Assembly: GCA_036630325.1 (NCBI GenBank)
Contig: CP142735.1
Span: 682,001-746,000 of the forward strand
From: Vairimorpha necatrix
Lineage: Eukaryota
Length of the DNA stretch: 64,000 nucleotides
Direction of reading: 5' to 3'
In this document: positions 49,932-62,652 of the stretch, piece after piece
How positions within the stretch are numbered: position 1 is the first letter of the stretch
How the letters are laid out: every line of letters begins with the position of its first letter
Made by a program: the position numbers and the translations under genes
The notes under the pieces: model-generated
What the model saw: only the letters and a program-made list of their open reading frames with translations
Database searches by the model: none
What the model was told of the DNA's origin: nothing

Positions 49932-50704
49932 TTTTTTTCCCTTGCAAGTAAGAGGAGGGGAAAACCTTACATAGTGACTAGAGGGATTGGGGCGTGATCC
50001 TCATCCATCTGGCACTGTGAGATTCTTACTCACTAAAACTCCCTCCATACAACTTGCAGGTGCAGCAAGCTCCGCTGTATCCAATGGGCTTTGGCTCCAG
50101 GAGAACACTTTCCATTTATACCTCAAATCGCGTCCAGGGTGACCTCACAGCGGATATACTTAACGGAGATGGTTATCTATAGCCCGATGAGAGACATCAT
50201 CGTACTAACTCAAAGATCCATACAACTATTTGTATCCCACACACGCCCATATCACCAGCCGGTCATTTTTATCTGGCTGCGTTGACCACCAGTCTCCCAC
50301 TAGTTGGTCACCGTGTTACAAAATCTAGTAAAATAGGGTCCTCGAGACCTTCTATTGCCCTAATTCCTCTAGTCTCTTGGTTAGCTCTAGATCCCACTCT
50401 TAAGTGCACCAGTGATGGGCTCAAAATAGGCCGTTTCATCAGATACTTTTATGTATATTATGTCACCATAAGGGGAATACTGTTTTCGGCCTTAAGGGGC
50501 GTTTCTACACTATATGCTAATCCCCTTATGGCTGGAAACACACAATTTTGTGTTGAATTAACTTAATGGTCACCGTAGACATTTTCTTCATCTGAGTTGT
50601 TCCAACTGCATCATATAAAGTAGAAAAAATTTTGTTTCCCCTCTAATCGAACACAGCCATTGCTCAATGGAAGCATCGTCTTCTGCCACTGGGCTTAGGC
50701 CACC
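49932..50704 (-). mobile_element. Full-length copy (B) of the tRNA-headed SINE-like family
   Basis: Colinear with 59846-60644; eroded tRNA-like head, A7 tail, 14-bp TSD TGTTCCAAAGACCA (49918-49931, 50705-50718). Confidence 0.9.
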
Positions 50705-51437
50705 TGTTCCAAAGACCAAGACCATGTATATATATTTATGCAAAAAACATAAAAAATACTCTCCTCCAACAATAACAAGCTTCATAATTGATGCATAATA
50801 AGTCCGAAACTTTTACTTTTAAGAGTTGGTTTTATAACACAATAAATTTATTCCACATATTCGATTTTTTTTCCGAATTATATGAAATGCATTTTTTTTA
50901 TATGACATGTATTTCAAGATCTGTCAAATTAATAAAACTTTAACCAGTTAAAACATTTTCACAAATTGAAATTAAAATTAAGTATTAAGACCATTCGTAA
51001 TAGTTTTTCCTACAAAATGCGATCTAGAAGACTTAAATTTTTAAAATTTCTCATATTAAAAACTTATTTGACAAAATTATTGCTAAAAATGAATAATTTA
51101 ATAAAAATCTATAAATTTTTCAAGATAAAAAAATGTAAGTTATAAACGTATCTCACAAAATCAATAACCATAAATTATTAATACTTTAAACTGAAAGAAA
51201 ATTGTAAATATTATTTTAAATGTTTCAAGTTTTCGTTGTACATTTTATACAAAACAGCTCTCATTAAACATTAAATAAATTGACATCTTTCAAAAAATTA
51301 TAAAAAAAGTAATGTAAAATAAATTTTTTTTTGCAAATAAAATAATATTTTTAGGCTTTCTCATTTATAATTATGAAAAAAAATACATTATGATATATGA
51401 CATGAAGGTATAAATATTTTTTTTTCCAATTTACCCC

Positions 51438-53846
51438 ATGATAAAAAAAATTTTTGTAATATCGATCTCCTTATTTAGTTTTTTGAAATGTACAATCTAT
51501 ACTAGGGAACAAAATAATCAAATAAAAACGAATTATGATAATACGTATTTAAGCAATTTTCCAGAAAAAAATGATATTGAAACTCCAAGATATTCTGTGT
51601 TTTCAGACACAGGTCTGGACAATACCATCGAAAAGACTATTCATAGTTCTAAATTAACACCAGATTATAATTTACAAAATGAGGATAACGAAATTAAAAG
51701 CACGTATGAAGAATTGAACAATAAATATATAAAAGACATCGATTTTACTCAACTTAAAAATGTCTGTGATAGATTGTTACAATTATTTAACGAGAGAATA
51801 GAATTTTATGATAGGCTGCGAAAGATCTACCCTACCAAAAAAAATTCTTATTTATACCTTAAAGAGATGGAAGATATTTTTTATGAATCAGTAAAGAATT
51901 ATGCATGCAGTGAAGAATTACACCCATATGCTAAAAGTAAGTGTCATAAATTTTTTCGAAAATTTGTAAGTGAAAGTGCTGAGCTTATATTCATGTTATC
52001 CAGCAAAAAATTTCAGAAATTATTTCTAACGCCGTTAGAATATAAACATTTATGGTCAGATATAGATAAATGCATCGATCTACAATATTCAGCCAATGAA
52101 AAAGATGAATTAGAAAATGTGTTTAATGGCATAAAATACAATGAAATTGTGGCGAAATTGCATAAGCTTGTTGATGATTTTGATGATAAATTTTATTTTT
52201 CCAATGATGCCATAAAACATAAACCTAATTTCAAAAAATTAATATACGTTGCAGCTTCTGGAATTTCTTTATTAAATTATATTTGTCCCTCGACGAATGA
52301 ATATAATATATTGCCTAGTGAAAAAAATGTAAAATATGATTTATATAATGAAGTTCAACCCTCTTCTAGATACTCATCAATTATAAATGATAATTTTTAT
52401 GAGATAATTTATAATTCGAAGTACGATAATAACAGAGAAACAGAATTACCAATTGAATTTCAAGATGAAATTTTCGACAATTCTAATAATGCTGTTAAAA
52501 ATAATTATAGCACAACTGAAAGTGAAGTCAAGTCTACATCTAGCACAATAGTAAATTCGGAATACACTACTACACCAAAAGAGGATTTGAGTACTACTAC
52601 AATAAAAAACACAGATGAGGAAACCACTACAGAAATTCATTCTCCCATTGAAACAAGTAATAGTTCTTATGATAAAACCACCACAGAAGTTAATATGACC
52701 ACCGTAAAGTATGATACTACTGTTTCGTCTACTGCATCAATACCATATGAAAATACGAATAATACTAATAGTGATAATCCTAACAATGATGTCACTACAA
52801 TGACATCAAATACAATCACAACTGAAACGAATACAATAGATAAGAATGCAAAAAACTATAACGAAGATAAAGACAGATACAATGCCCAATTTGGCGGTAA
52901 TTATATGCCATATCCAAATTATAATAATGAATATCCTCCTAATGCACCTGGATCAAATGGGCCAGGCTTTTTTTCAAAAGTCATTGGTGGAATTGGTGAC
53001 GTACTTTCTGGTGCGACAGGTGTTTTGGAAGATATAGCTGTAGAAGGAGGAGGAGCTTTAGTTAAAAAAAGTATAGGTAAATTTACTGGGCGTATTGATA
53101 ATGGCATTAAAATCGGGAAAGGAATAATTGAAGGATTAGATACTGCCTCTGATGTTGCTTCTGGTATAGGTTCTAGTATAAACTCGAATGTCCTACAACC
53201 ACACAAAGGAGGTGCAGGAAATAATAATCAAAAAACACATGGTAATAATAATGACTCTAACAAAAGTAAGAAACGTGAAGATGAAATTGAAATTACGACT
53301 AAAAGACCAAAAGATGAAAAAGATTTTATGACTAAAAAACCAAAAGATGAAGATAAAAATACAACTGAAAAACCAAAAGATGAAAAAGATTTTACGACTA
53401 AAAAACCAAAAGATGAAGATAAAAATACAACTGAAAAACCAAAAGATGAAGATAAAAATACAACTGAAAACCCAAAAGATGGAAAGAAAAGTACAACTGA
53501 AAAACCAAAAGATGAAAAAGATTCTACTACTGAAAAACCAAAAGATGAAAAAGATTCTACTACTGAAAAACCAAAAGATGAAGATAAAAATACAAATGAA
53601 AAACCAAAAGATGGAAATAAAAACAAAAAGAATAAGTTGGAGAATGTTAAAAATAAATTAGAAGATTCTATGAACGCAATTGGGGGATTTTTCAAACTTT
53701 ATTGGAAATTATTGTCTGCAGTGTTTAGCTGTATATTTTTTATTGTCTCACTACTATGTTGTTTCGGTAAAACACTAATAAAATGCTGTCGCAGAAGGAA
53801 AAAAAATTATGATGAGGAAAAGCAGATTCTTATTGATAAGAATTAA
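51438..53846 (+). CDS. Large type I membrane, mucin-like surface protein (orphan)
   Basis: Signal peptide, helical N-domain, Thr/Ser-rich stalk, Gly-rich segment, 11-aa repeats, C-terminal TM helix with Cys clusters and a basic tail; CCCC directly before the ATG. Confidence 0.9.
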   Translation: MIKKIFVISISLFSFLKCTIYTREQNNQIKTNYDNTYLSNFPEKNDIETPRYSVFSDTGLDNTIEKTIHSSKLTPDYNLQNEDNEIKSTYEELNNKYIKDIDFTQLKNVCDRLLQLFNERIEFYDRLRKIYPTKKNSYLYLKEMEDIFYESVKNYACSEELHPYAKSKCHKFFRKFVSESAELIFMLSSKKFQKLFLTPLEYKHLWSDIDKCIDLQYSANEKDELENVFNGIKYNEIVAKLHKLVDDFDDKFYFSNDAIKHKPNFKKLIYVAASGISLLNYICPSTNEYNILPSEKNVKYDLYNEVQPSSRYSSIINDNFYEIIYNSKYDNNRETELPIEFQDEIFDNSNNAVKNNYSTTESEVKSTSSTIVNSEYTTTPKEDLSTTTIKNTDEETTTEIHSPIETSNSSYDKTTTEVNMTTVKYDTTVSSTASIPYENTNNTNSDNPNNDVTTMTSNTITTETNTIDKNAKNYNEDKDRYNAQFGGNYMPYPNYNNEYPPNAPGSNGPGFFSKVIGGIGDVLSGATGVLEDIAVEGGGALVKKSIGKFTGRIDNGIKIGKGIIEGLDTASDVASGIGSSINSNVLQPHKGGAGNNNQKTHGNNNDSNKSKKREDEIEITTKRPKDEKDFMTKKPKDEDKNTTEKPKDEKDFTTKKPKDEDKNTTEKPKDEDKNTTENPKDGKKSTTEKPKDEKDSTTEKPKDEKDSTTEKPKDEDKNTNEKPKDGNKNKKNKLENVKNKLEDSMNAIGGFFKLYWKLLSAVFSCIFFIVSLLCCFGKTLIKCCRRRKKNYDEEKQILIDKN
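53292..53621 (+). repeat. Coding minisatellite: ten 33-bp units (xTTEKPKDExx)
   Basis: Ten CCAAAAGATG-containing units, in frame. Confidence 0.92.
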
Positions 53847-55759
53847 AAATTTTTAAGTTTTCTTATTCAAAAACAATATATTTTCTATAGTATACATAAA
53901 TATTTATGTATAGCAATTTCGAGTCTATGTTTAAACGGTACTCTTTTTTTTATACAATTTACCTAGAAATATAAAGATTTTTGTTTTTTTAATATAAATG
54001 CAATTATACATAATAAGAACTTAATTAGCTATAAAAGTAATAGCATTTATACACAAATACAACAAACTTTATAGAAATAATGAATATTAACACTAAAAAT
54101 ACTTAAACTTTAAACACTAGAATGTTTAAAAAATTTCAAAATTGATTCAAACACAGAATTATTTAAAAACGTAAACTAAACTATGTTGTCATAAAAAACA
54201 ACCAAAAAAGATTTTATTGGCGTCAAAGATAAAAAATCTGCTGTAAATCTTAAAAAGTATTAGTTAATATGTTATTGAAATTTAAAGATATTTGTAAATA
54301 AATACTATTGAAATCCTCTTTGTAACAAGCAGAGTGGACTTGCACATAACAAGAAAAGACTACCTAAAATAAAAGAGCGGAAGTTTTAGGTTACTGTAGG
54401 ACCGATCGGATAAATATAATCATCCTATAATCTGTAAAATATTAAAATAAATTATAGTCGAAAATTAACACAATTTAGTTCATATAAATGCTCTGCCGCT
54501 AATATATTATATTATTACACGTTAAGCTAGTTTCTAGAGAGGGGCAGTAAGTGCACTTATCAAAACAAGTGCAGAATATTACAAAAAATTCTGCCTAATT
54601 TTTACTTAACCTCCTTAAGATATGAATACATGTTTTTTCTCTTTTCCTATGTTCTTAAAAGTCGAAGCGGACAGATGTGAAAGTAACAAATATAAATTTA
54701 TACAATGCAAAGAATGGTCTAATAAAAATCCTATTTGGTCATTTAATATAGAATAGATGATAGTAAATTCGTTTTAATAAGCTTTTTTAATCAGTGTTCA
54801 TGGATGTTTGAACTGTAGAAATGTGTTATGATATTATTTTGTCGTCATTATTAATTTTTAAAATCATTAAACAGTTTTTATTTAGTTTATTAATTTAAGC
54901 AGATTCTAGGTTTGGTAATTATTATTTTTTTATCATATGTTAATTTTTCATTTCTAGCTATTCATTTATTTTATTAACGAATGCAGAGAAACCCAAAGTT
55001 TATCCTCTTAATAGTATTCATAAGTGTATAGTCCTCAAAACCATGACATCTTTGTTTTACTGTGTTAAAACTTTAATCAGTAAAACACTGCTCCGAACGA
55101 ATAGTCAAAGGCGGAGATCTCTAACGATCGGACATGAAACGTTATGTTATATAAATAAATATAAATAGTCAGAAAAAGTTAGAAGACACCGAGCATGAAG
55201 AATAACAATAAAAACAGATCAAACATAAATAAATATAAATATAATACAAATATTTTAGAAATGTATTAAAAAAACGGAAATATTACTCCGGTTCATGTCA
55301 ATAAGTAAAATATAACATTAATTTTACAAGATATGATTTTTTGGAAGTAAAATATCATCTCTTTATATAATTGTTAAGTTCGTCCATGGCGTCATTTTTA
55401 ACAACTTAATTTACTTATAATTGTATTGCTTATAAAGAGAATGATAAAGATAAGTCTTGATTAATTAGTAGACGAACAAATTTTTATGAGTAAGAGGAAT
55501 TTATTTATTTTAGTTATTATTTTATATTAATTAACTTAATTTTTTGGTATATTTTTTACTTTGGCTACGAAAAAGCAAGTCTAAAAAAAGATTCTGTATT
55601 TTTATTGATAAAGGGGCTAAAGTAAACATGGACCATATGTTAATTTAAAACAAGCTCTAAGAGATGTTAACAATATTTTTTTTATTAAATTTTATTTGGA
55701 CAAAAAATGGTGTAAATAAAATCTCTAACAAAATATTTCATTCAATATAAATAAATTTA

Positions 55760-57100
55760 ATTAGGGTATGCTCATTGTAATTTATATTTTTAGTTTAACA
55801 AGAATAGGTTCCGTATTGGCGTCTCCTGCTTGTAAGTGGCTTATCGTTTCCATAGTCCTTTCCACATCGGCTTCGTCTCCTCTCCTTCGGTAGTCCAGAG
55901 AAATGCTTTCGGGCGTCTTCTTTGGCGTGATCATCTGATGTACGCTTCTACCTTATTAGGGATTTCAAGTCTTGGGGGTATAAGATTAGTAAAACTTAGT
56001 CACTATACCGCCCAAGTGACTACGTAGGGAATTATTTCTGTTTTAAAACCATAAATTAGGCCTAGTTCGTTCGCGAGGACATCATACTTTTTTAACTTAT
56101 CGCTTTTGTTTTGCTGTAGATTCTCTTGTGATGTAACGCCTATTTCGATTTTTCTGATCAATTTGTTCTTTTTATCTACTACGACAATCTCCGGTTTATT
56201 ATGTTTGATCTTTATGTCTGTTTTTACCGTCGTGTTATTCAATTTCCGCATCTTTGTCGGCAAATATCTGTTGTACTGAGGGGTTTCTTAATCTCTTCTT
56301 AGGCTAAACTTTATATTTTCGCATAGTAGTAGGTTGATGCATTTAACAATTTCATTATGCCTTCTCATTAATCGTGTCCTAGCATTTTTTCGCACTTTGT
56401 CGCTAGATGATCCACAGTCTTTGCTGATTTATTGAATAGGGGCAATTCTCAATCAATCCATAAAAATAATTCGGTCTTGCGATGCACATAACTTACTTTC
56501 TGTCCTAGTACTCGTTTTACCTACTTTAAGCCTTAGTGATGAGTTTTTAATGTAAACTATTTTATTTTATTTTGCCCTAAACAACTTTTTATGTTCTGTT
56601 TTAATACTTTTGTTGTTGTATAGGGTTTTTACTGAGCTTCCGTTGTGATTTTTGTTCCACATCTATTAGCTTATATTTTTCCTGACGTATGCTTTAATTA
56701 GAAAAAAGTGGTTTTCTTTTTTTCTTGGTTTACTAAGATGGCTCGTTTGCTGGGGTAGATATTGACCGATTGTTCGAAGTCCGTCCTTAGTTTGAGTAGC
56801 ATGCTTTCACTTTTTAACACTGCACTGTTAAGATCCCTTCCGAGCGCATCGCGGGGAAGATATAGCCTTTCTTTGCATGCCAGCTGTGAATGACCTTTAT
56901 GTACTTTCAATGACATTCTAATAAATGAGTCTATCTCCTCAAATATCTCCGGTTCTAAATCTAGTACACCAACATAATAATTTATAAGTGAAATACCAAA
57001 TTCGTTAATTGACCTAAGGTGTCTTTAAAGTTTAATTTTGTACTACAAATCATTTTTACTCGTGACTTTATTTTTTCCTTTATGAGTTCAATTGTACTAT
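55760..57100 (-). mobile_element. Decayed RLE non-LTR retrotransposon (3' part)
   Basis: ACKERLYLPRD.LGR, TVDHLATKC..RRHNEI, HNKPEI..IEIGVT..KLKKYDVLANELG..IIPYVVTW motifs. Confidence 0.85.
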
Positions 57101-57287
57101 TACTCATTCAATATTATAATTTTTTTATATTTGTTAATTTTTATGTATAAACATAACTTTATTGGGGTTATTTTGTTTTTTTTCGTAGAAAGATCGATGT
57201 ATTTCGTTTGTTTGTAATAAATTAAATTTTCTAATTTTTAGTAAATATGTTTTTTTTTTTTGTGATTTACATCCTTAGTCTATTTTA

Positions 57288-59166
57288 CAGGGGTTTGCAT
57301 TTTTTGAGTCCAACTTTTGCATTTTTATAGTCCATTTTTTATATCTCAATGGCCTTTTTTTGAAACCCCCCCCCCCCCACCCTCATGCCTAGAAAAGCGA
57401 GATCTACAGTCACTCCAGATGTCTTTAAACTGATTGAAAGACTTATAAAAATCGAAATTTGACCTTAAAAAATATTGAAACAAATTAAATTTAAGTTATA
57501 AAACAGTTTGGAGGATCCATATGAAAATGTTAGAGGGAGAATCTATTTGGTCTACAAGTTTAATAAATCGTTCTAAAGTTTCATCTCCTAGAGTGCTAAA
57601 GCCTATCGACCTAGTGCTAAAAAACATCATTGCACGCAGTAATGACAAGACTCTTGGCGAAATTAAGGAAGAGCCGAATACATTAGCTCGTTTCAATATC
57701 TTTGTCGACTTTTTCAAGAAAGCTAAAATATCTAAATATTTTGAGGAAAAGACTATCTCTAATTCCCGTAGAGCGTAATTCGCAGGACAAAATTGATAAA
57801 AGAGCTGAATATGCCATGGGAATATCGGGATATTCTTTAGAAAGTTTGATTTTTTTGGATGAAACTGGCTTTAATGCTCATACAACAAGGCATTATGGGG
57901 TTTCTTTTAAAAACAAAAAAGCATTTGGTAAATGACCGTTTGGAACCTGCTTTGAAAAATAAAAAAAAGGGAAAAATAAAAAAAATTATAAAAAAAGGGA
58001 CTTGATGATTAATTTTAAATAATGACAGAAGACAATTTATCCGGGGATTTTTAAGAATTTGAAAAGCCCAGTGGAACTGTAAAAGGTACTCATAGTGTTC
58101 TTCTTTGTTTATATCTAGATCGAATATCTCTTATAGAAATGAGCCAAAACCAACTAAATTATATGGTATTGTGACTCAGAATCGCTAGAGGTTACAGCAT
58201 TTATAAAGTGAATCTTAGTACTGTGCTCCATCCCTTTGCTTAGGCTAATGTGGCATTATGCTACCCATTGATTAGAGATCATAATAGAAACAGGTTATAC
58301 ATTTTCTTGTATTACCTCAAGGAAAAAGCAGTATTTCTACTAGTTACAGAAACGAGCAAGGCGCACGCCGATTCAGCATCAAATGTTTCCAAAATAAACT
58401 TTTCTTTATAATCCATGTATAAATACATTTCATCATTAAAACCCCAATCTGCCTCAACAAAAAATGTTTTTGCCAATTTGGCCATTTTTTTTAAAGGGGG
58501 GTCCTTTAAAACATCAAAGTGGGTTTATTTTTCCAAAGCGGGTTTCAAACGATCATGTACCAAGCATTTAAAACAGTCCCTGCAAATCGAGGCAAAATTT
58601 AAGTTGTCTTTGCGTGATTTCGAAATCGAATATTATAGCATACGAAATAAAAAGGGGCGCATATAATTCAGCTTTATTCGTCGAATTTATTGAAAGTAAT
58701 CTTGTAAATTTTTTTATAACAAATCCTCAAAAGATTTTAATAATGAATAATGCCAAATTTCATCATTCAAGAGAAGTTTTGTGTAAGCTAAGAGAATTAG
58801 GCATATCTTATGTTTTTTGCCTCCATATTCCCCACAGCTTGATCCTATTGAGTAATTTTTTTTTTTTATGATAAAATCGAGGTTTTGTGCTATACGAAAC
58901 TCAAATAATACAGTAGAAATGGACTTGGAACAAGTGTGAACGATTATTTTAGCCTTTCGTGTAATGGATTTTACACTAATATGGTAAGATGGTTGGAAAT
59001 GGCAAGGCAGAAAAATGAGTTTATATAATTAATGAGGTTGTATATTATTTGACACATAATTCTATTGATTGTTTATTATATATCAAATTCTGGGTTTTTT
59101 GTTATTTTTTTTCTAAAAAATGGACTATAAAAATGCAAAAGTTGGACTAAACAAATGCAAACCCTG
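57288..59166 (+). mobile_element. Tc1/mariner-IS630-like transposon, interrupted by a Merlin derivative
   Basis: TA-flanked ~55-bp TIRs CAGGG(G)TTTGCATTT..GTCCAACTTTTGCATTTTTATAGTCCA; transposase remnants MPRKARSTVTP, IFLDETGF, ILIMNNAKFHH and LPPYSP.L.PIE. Confidence 0.92.
57927..58561 (-). mobile_element. Non-autonomous Merlin-type element (635 bp)
   Basis: TIRs GGTA(A/C)ATGA(C/T)CGTTTG(G/A)AACC(T/C)GCTTTG; 8-bp TSD AAGCATTT (57919-57926, 58562-58569). Confidence 0.85.
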
Positions 59167-59689
59167 TAAATTTACGAAGGAGTATCTAAATTTTATAAAT
59201 TTGCATAGTCAGACTATTACTTCAAATTAATTAACACATAAAGGGATATAAAAACATTACAATGTTTCATTGGTTAATTTTTGACAAATTTAGAAGTTAG
59301 AAATTAACATTAGTCATTTTTAGTATAATCGTGCCAAATATAATTGTGACTAAACAAAATGAGAATATTCTCTTCGGTTTTTTACTTATATTTTTGACTT
59401 GTTTTACTGATATTTATAAGAAATTATTTATTATCATTCTATTTTAAATGCCTAACTAAGGACCTTTTATATGTTGATTACAACGAAGGTCATACTTGAG
59501 TATATATGTTCATAAATAATATTTTTTATTTGCTTAGGTCTTTTTTATTGCTCTAATTCTTAGTGTATAAATGACTTTAGTTTGTTCTTTAAAAAAATTA
59601 CTATAGTTAAACATTATTTTAGGCGATAAACATCCAGGGTTTTTTTTATGAAGTGTACTAAAAACTGATTATATAAATATAATTATGGA

Positions 59690-61900
59690 CATTGAAAATA
59701 AATGTAAATAGCAAACTTTCATAAATAAAAAAATATGAAAGATGAAGTAAAAGAGATGTAAAAGTAATAGTAAATAAAGCATATATTTGTTTACAATAAA
59801 AGAATATTTATTGGAGTAGCTGATAATGTACACTAGATCAGAACCAGGTGCCCTTGGCCGAGTGGTCGAAGGGATGTTCTCATTGACCAATGGGCTGGGT
59901 TCGAGTCCCAGGGGCACCAAATTGTTTCTACTTTCTATGATGCAGTTGGAACAACTCAGATGATGAAAATGTCCACGGTAATCATTAAGTTGATTCAATG
60001 AAACTTGTGTGTGTCCAGCCACAAGGGGATTAGCATCTAGTGTAGAAACGCACCTCAAGGCCAAAAAGCAGTATCGCCCTTTGGTGACTTAATGATACAT
60101 AAAAGTATCTAATGGGTACGGCCTAGTTGGAGCCCATGGCTGGTGCACTCTAGAGTGGGATCCTAGAGCTAACTAAGAGACTAGGCGAAGTAGGGCAATA
60201 GAAGGTCTCGTGGACCCTATCCTACATGATTCTGTAACACGGTGGCCGAAACTAGTGGGAGACTGGTGGTCAACGCAGCCCAATAAAAACGCCGGGCTGG
60301 GGATGTGGTCGTGTAAGGAGCCGTGTGTGCGATACAGATGATTGTAGGGACCTTTGAGTCAGTACGATGATGTCTCTCCTCGGGTTATAGATAACCATGC
60401 CCGTTAAGTATATCCGCTGTGAGGTCACTCTGGACGCGATTTGAGGTATAAATGGAAAGTGTTCTCCTGGAGCCAAAGTCCAATGGATACGGCGGAGCTT
60501 GCTGCACCGGCAAGTTATACGGAGGGAGTTTTAGTGAGTAAGAATCTCACAGTACCAGTTGGAAAAGGATCACACCCAAATCCCTCTGGTCCCTATGTAA
60601 GGTTTCTCCCTACCTCTTACTTGCAAAGAAAAAAAAAAAAAAAAACTAGATCAGAACCCGGCTGCCGAGAAAAGGTGAGTGGTTAAGAAGAGCTAGATAT
60701 TAAAAGAGCTTAAAATACATAAAAATAATCTTGTTTCTATAATCTTTGAAAAAAGGATCAGTTGAAAGAAATCGTAAATATGCCTCAATAACATTGACAC
60801 AAGAAAAAAAAATCTCGAAAAAATACTTTTTTAAAAAATAAACCGTGCTGTCTTTTAAAAAATAAAATACTTCTAATTTTTTTTCATAATGCCCAAATAT
60901 TAAAGTACAAATTAAATACAGTCGCATGTTAAGCTTCTTTACAATAAATATTGATGCTCATTTCTAAAGTCTATCTTCAAAATTTTTTTCAAATAAGGCT
61001 AACAATTTTTGTTGTATGTACTTGAAAAAATACAAAGCTTAAAAGATTTAGTTGAATTGCAAAAGCAGATTTTATGATTAAAGAAAAAACGTCAACCCAA
61101 TATTCAAATTGCTACAAATCTTTAAAGTTTTTTTTAAAAAGAGGACATTTTCACTAGGTTGGTCAAAGTGTAACCAGGCTAGATGTGAAGCAATTATTGT
61201 TAAAGCGGATATACAGATATTTGATAAAGAGGAATGATGTTTATACTTTTTATCTCATAAGAAGATTACGAACCAACTAGCTTTCAAGTATGATTATACG
61301 GATTTGATTGAAGAAAATAGACAACAAGGCAGTTACATGTATTAACTTTGTAACATGAAAATTTAAGTATATAAATACAAATAATATTCTTTATAAATAT
61401 GTAGAGAAAAACAAAAAAGATAGTGCGACTAGCAAAAACATGAGAATGTGGGATATTGAAAATATAAAATATGACTTATGCTTATTTTTGTCTCCCAGAG
61501 AGAAAATAAAATTGCACTTTTTTTGTTAATATAATAAACCTAGGGCGATTTACTAATAGTTGTGAATGTAATCTAAATATAGATTAATTTATATATAGAA
61601 AATGGTACCTATCAAGAATCCTAACAATATTAAATTTAATGTGATGATATAAGGCAAAGTTTGGCTAATATCGCAGAAAACATATCAAATCTATGAAATT
61701 GAAATTCAGAGAAGGCAATCTGGGCTATTGAGCCGAAAAAACAATTTAGAGTCTATCCTTTTTGATTGAAAACCATGAAATTTTAAGTGGTACACGGCGA
61801 AAAGAGATTAATCTAATATAGCGGAACTAGCTGTACAGACGACGGGGAGAGGGTCCTGTCAAATTAGACGCTATTGGTTTAGAAAACATAAGACTGTAAT
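59690..61900 (+). mobile_element. Very decayed RLE non-LTR remnant that hosts SINE copy A
   Basis: AACCAGGCTAGATGTGAAGCAATT (~61172) matches AATCAGGCTAGATCCGAAGCAATT (~3122); CTAGATCAGAA at the SINE target resembles the PRSE codons at ~2775; ..LESI.. motif near 61750. Confidence 0.45.
59846..60644 (+). mobile_element. Full-length, youngest-looking copy (A) of a ~800-bp tRNA-derived SINE-like element
   Basis: Head 59847-59919 has box A TGGCCGAGTGG, box B GGTTCGAGTCC, a paired GGTGCCC/GGGCACC acceptor stem and a CTGGG/CCCAG T-stem. ~700-bp non-coding body; A16-17 tail; 14-bp TSD ACTAGATCAGAACC (59832-59845, 60645-60658). Confidence 0.93.
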
Positions 61901-62652
61901 ATATCCGCAACAATTGAGCTTTGAAGGACAATTCCACTACAGATACAAAGGATATGTTTTCAATTATTTATTTTTTCATCACATATTAACTAATTAAAAT
62001 TGCATTTTAAATTTTAAACCGAGGTTTTAACAGGGTCGGGGCTTATTCATCTAAACTCACAAAAAGACTTTTTATTTAGTTCGGCGCGTAATACATAAAA
62101 AAGCTCCGTATCAATTTTCTATATATTTTTATTTAACATATGAAAATCATGTCAATCTTTACTCAATTACTTATTTAACATCAAGTCAATAAGGATTCTG
62201 GATATTTAAAAATTATTATTAGTAATTTTTAGGATCTCAGCGAATTTTAAATCGTGCTTGGTGCATATTAGGTCTTTAATTAGTTTGGGATATTTTTGTC
62301 ATATTGTAATATATTTTGTTTTCAAACTAATAATTAATCATTTCATTCTATCATGACATAAATATTAATATACAAGATAATGTACAAAGACCAACATGCA
62401 TCATATCTTTATGAGAAAGATTGTATGATTTGCATCATATAACTTACACATCTTTATTAGCTCATTTTATGATTTGTGTAAAGCATATGGGGATATTTTA
62501 CGACATATGTATTTACTTAACTGAATCAGGATTTCTTTTTAAATAATATTTGTAGTAGGACAATAACAGAAGACAAATTAAGCAGATTTAAATGCAAAAA
62601 TGAATATTTATCAAGGTTTCTTGACTAGAAATTTTTTAATTTTTCACCCCAA

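Noticed and set aside
50430-50445. Hammerhead-like CTGATGA/GAAAC on the minus strand of SINE copy B
   Set aside because: The two motifs overlap with no stem II and are absent from copy A.
50091-50785. Short ORFs in SINE copies (also 18329-18610, 59669-60686)
   Set aside because: Mostly non-ATG starts, frames broken by indels between copies, and no recognisable protein motifs.
53228-53695. Antisense and alternative-frame repetitive ORFs (also 53347-53661)
   Set aside because: By-products of the 33-bp coding repeat in the 802-aa gene.
59847-59919. Functional tRNA gene
   Set aside because: No canonical anticodon arm and no T-run terminator; it is the head of a TSD-flanked, poly(A)-tailed repeat.
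60318-60345. Group II intron domain V-like start (GAGCCGTGTG) in the SINE body
   Set aside because: No complementary 3' strand (..CGGTTC), and the motif is not conserved in copy B.
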